Source: Setoptus koraiensis
Lineage: Eukaryota > Animalia > Arthropoda
DNA length: 64,000 bases
Direction: 5' to 3'
Assembly (NCBI GenBank): GCA_048013815.1
Contig: CM106585.1
Coordinates: 6,138,001 to 6,202,000, forward strand
Position numbers and translations under genes: made by a program. Under the pieces are notes generated by a model that was given only the letters and a program-made list of their open reading frames with translations, ran no database searches and was not told the origin of the DNA. This document shows positions 60,400 through 64,000 of the stretch, one piece after another; the stretch's first letter is position 1, and every line of letters starts with the position of its first letter.

Positions 60400-62220
60400 T
60401 TTGTGTGGATTGTGTAATAATACACACAATAGAATGCAGACCAATAATGGGAACGCTCGCAATAGAAGCGTCGGTCGCTGACGCAATCACGGCCACAATC
60501 GCTGCAAAGGTCCGTCACAAATTGCGCTTCAATTGTCTTGTTTCTCGCCAGTGGCTCTCACTTGCGAATGACGCTGTCCACTCACTTGGCACTCGGCTCA
60601 CCTGTGTACAGAGCGCGACTACAAGTGAACAGGTGAGTGTAAGCTGAGTGGTCAAGTTGCGGGCTCGCGCAATCGAAGCTCCGAGGCTGCGACCGATCGA
60701 AAGTTGCTCGACTCAAGCAAACACACTTGTTCACACTTCACCTAACACACCTCTCACCTGTGCACCTGTTACTGTCGCTGTTGGTGTGAGCTCGCAACAA
60801 CAGCACCAACACCAACAACAGCAACAACACCAGCAACAACAATAACAACACCAACAACAACAACACCAGCAACAACAATAACAACGCCAACAACAACAAC
60901 AAGTGCAGTGGGCGTGCGTTGTTGCGGGCCCTCATGCAGCCTTGCGCAACCTTATTCGAGCTTATTCAGGCTTGTTCGCGCCGGCACCCTCAGCACCCAA
61001 TTGGCGGCGTCATTACGCGTCGTGTATCAACATTGTTGTTGGCACAGCCACTATGCGCGCTTGTGCTGCCCGTCGAGCAATGTAACAATGGCCTGAACTT
61101 TGCGCTTCGATTGCGCTCGTTGTGATTTCGTTGCGATCGCGCTGCCGCAACAACAACAACGGCAACGACAGCAGCAACAACAACAGCAACAACAACAGCA
61201 ACAACAGGTCGACCATGCAGTGTTGCCATTGTCGGTCCAGCAACCACTGGCAACAACACATCGGGGCTCAGGCGACGGACAAAGCCGCTGCTCGCCAGAA
61301 TCTAATGCAATTTGTGTCTATCTAATCGCTCGGTCGCGATTTGTGCACACTGGGCCAACTTTGTCTTCTCGCCACAGGCACAAGCACACTATGCCAGTCA
61401 CCCGATGGGAGCCGCATTAGGCGATGGGAGGCGCAAGGTGAGCCGGCACTTGCTGTGACTCGCCATTAGAATCACCATTATACCGGTACGTTCGGGGCAC
61501 GTATTGCACAGTGTGCCGTTTTCGCACATCGCATTAAGTGAGCACAAAGCTCATTCAATTATTTTCAGGCATTATCGCTATAGCTGGGCCTGATTAATGG
61601 CCGCTCAACGGCTCACCAGTGATTGCTCGTGAGTGCTGCACCGGAAGTCACTTTGCCAGGTCCTGTTAACTCGACACTAGCTCGTGCACCTCTCGCACCT
61701 TTTGCAATCACAAGCACGAGGTGCACCTCGTGCTGCCTGTGCACCCGTTCCAATCTGATTGGCGGGATAAATCGACCAATCGAGACTCTCGATTCGAGAG
61801 CCCACAAGTGGCCCAATGAGCGACACACACACACACACACTAAATTAAATAAGAGCCGCTGTAAGCAAGATCAACAGCATGACGCAACGGCATTGATAGC
61901 ATCGCAATTGTCAGCTCACTTTAAGTGGCTGGCCCCTTCGCTGGGCCCATAAAGCTCGCGTGGGAGGCATCCCCGTTGGTCAGTTGTGTGCATGTCAACT
62001 GTGCGTCGGAGCGGCACAGAATAAGCACAATCGCACAGGAGTCAGTGGCTGTTGGTTTGCGAATAACTGGCTCGTGTGCATTTATAATCCATGACCGTGC
62101 ACAGACAATGGGATTAGCATAATTAGGATTGACTCGGTCACAGGTGAACAAGCGGAAATAGCGACTTGTCACAGCAATCATTGGACAGCGGACAAATTTG
62201 TTCCGTTTGTTGGTTGGACC

Positions 62221-62321
62221 ATCCGACTGTCCGACTATCCGACTATCCGACTATCCGACTATCCGACTATCCGGCTGTCCGGCTGTCCGACTATCCGACT
62301 GTCCGATTATCCGACTGTCCG
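62221..62321. repeat. 9-bp minisatellite (tccgactRt-type) x11
   Basis: Direct reading. Confidence 0.9.
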
Positions 62322-62863
62322 TGGACGGAGGCCGCCTCGTTCGATGCAACAACGGCCCCTCGGGAATGGGCCACTTCGATGCCTGCGCTACAACGCAAAA
62401 TGTCAACACTTGGCCAGCACTGACCGCGGGCCAAATTTGACCGGCGCAAGGCGGCTGCGCCAGGGCTTATCGAGGGCGGGCCGTGCCCAGTTTGCAGGTT
62501 GCTGCAATTAGAGTGATGGGTAATTTATTGTAGAGTGCGCTGTTTGTGTTGTTGTTGCATTTGATAGATTGATTTGCGCCTATTTGCGCCCATTTGGCTC
62601 GTATGGTCACGCTTTGGTGCACGCTCAAACTGCACACCACTGACAACGCGGATCAAATCAAATTAAAATTAAATTAAAAATTGGCCAGCACATCGAATGG
62701 GCTCGTCACAACAGCGACGCCAACGCCAACACCGTCAACGGCAACACCAACACCGACAACAGCGACAGCAAACAACAACAATGACGACAGTGGCAGCTTC
62801 ACGCTTTCTCCGCTCGTCGGCTCACAATTGTCAGCGGTGGCGTCACATGCGACCCATTGAGTC

Positions 62864-62998
62864 GCGAGTCGCCGATTGCGAGTCGCCGATTGCGAGTCGC
62901 CGATTGCGAATCGCCAATTGCGAATCGCTCACTCATCTCAGGTGAGTCACCTGCTCGCTCACCTGCTCGCTCGCCTGATCGCTCGCCTGATCGCTCGC
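62864..62998. repeat. Adjacent 14-bp (gcgagtcgccgatt) and 12-bp (cacctgctcgct / cgcctgatcgct) minisatellites
   Basis: Direct reading. Confidence 0.85.
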
Positions 62999-64000
62999 CC
63001 GAAGTGATTGCGAGCGAGCCAAACGAGCTGGACGCCGGTGCGCGAGCTCGCGCGCCGCCGCCAACGATCAAATAAATATGCTAATTGTAATCCAGTTTCG
63101 CTTGGCCGTGAACAACAAGCATGTTAATTCATTGCGTAACTGCTGCATCGATATAAGCCGGTTGACACACACGACAGTTGGCGACAGGCAGCGCCATGGC
63201 GAGCTTGCCAATGTTGACAGCTGATGCGAGTTGACTGCGTTTGTTGAGCGCGACGCGATTGCGTCATCAGCGTCAGTTCCGCATTCTGTGACTCACAATT
63301 GCATTTGTCAGGCTGACAAATGTTGCCTTGACATGGGCCCAAAAGATACCAAATGGCATGAGTGGCGCGCATTTGGCATTTTGCGTTTGCCATTTGACGT
63401 GTACGTGCGCCACAAGCGAATCAATTCTGGGTACTGGGTAATTGTGGCCAAAGTACAATTGCGACTGACAGTTGGCCAGTCGCAAGTCGCCAGTGAATAC
63501 ATTTCGCTGCCGCCACTCATCACACAGTTACATCGAGCAACATATATTACGCAATCGACAGAGCAGTGGTTGTTGTTGGCGCACTCACTTAATGCTGTCT
63601 CTGGTTGGCTGGCTGGCTGGTTTGCCGGATAAAAAGACGCCAACTAGCCAGCTGTTTGGGGGTGCTCGCCAGCGTTTGTAGTTTGCCAACTTTTGCAGTT
63701 TGCTCGCAGTGGCTGCCAGTTGCGACAGCGACAACGGGGCCCATCCATTAAATTGGGGCGGCCGGCGAAAATCATCCGAGAATTAGTCGGCAATCGGCTG
63801 GCCCGCCGATCTAATGGGCACCTCTCTTTGGCTGGCCAGCCGATATTCATGAGGCGCCGGTCGCCGAAAGCGATCGCCCGGACATCGATCACAAGCGGGC
63901 ACTTTTTAAACTCATCCGATCGGCTCGGCAGGAGCCGCTCGAGTCGCAATCCAAACGTGCATTCTTCCATTATCGACCAATCTCATGATATGAGATTTTT

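Noticed and set aside
48342-64000. Numerous 60-370 aa ORFs in the right-hand GC-rich block (e.g. 55355-56470)
   Set aside because: R/A/S/C-rich compositions typical of GC-rich noncoding DNA and microsatellites; open in several frames and strands at once; no domain motifs.

Overview
Eukaryotic (arthropod) genomic DNA; no prokaryotic features, CRISPR arrays, or recognisable rRNA/tRNA genes. Mostly intronless, size-reduced housekeeping genes and extreme polyQ/N tracts resemble a streamlined acariform mite such as an eriophyoid (inference, not proven). The window alternates between GC/CpG-rich, simple-repeat-dense blocks (about 1.3-7, 17.8-31.7 and 48.4-64 kb) and AT-rich, gene-dense islands (about 7-17.7 and 38.4-48.3 kb). 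Intact genes: an Ets98B/SPDEF-like ETS factor, a PRRC2/nocte-like protein, a group XV phospholipase A2/LCAT-like lipase, a 5-exon group VI-type GH18 chitinase (1859 aa), TFIIA large subunit, Nup54, Peter pan (Brix), kinesin-5, a shortened Mrt4 and a divergent TCF/pangolin. Broken genes: an SDR pseudogene, a 351-bp near-identical 5' copy of ppan, and four (possibly five) heavily decayed, apparently independent beta'-COP (COPB2/Sec27)-like WD40 relics in the spacers of the AT-rich islands. These relics are invisible in the ORF track and are the most unexpected signal. Other notable points: Nup54 FG domain replaced by polyQ, a 318-bp tandem duplication in the kinesin-5 stalk, and apparent loss of the Mrt4 insertion domain. 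All family assignments come from manual translation and remembered reference sequences; no database search was run.
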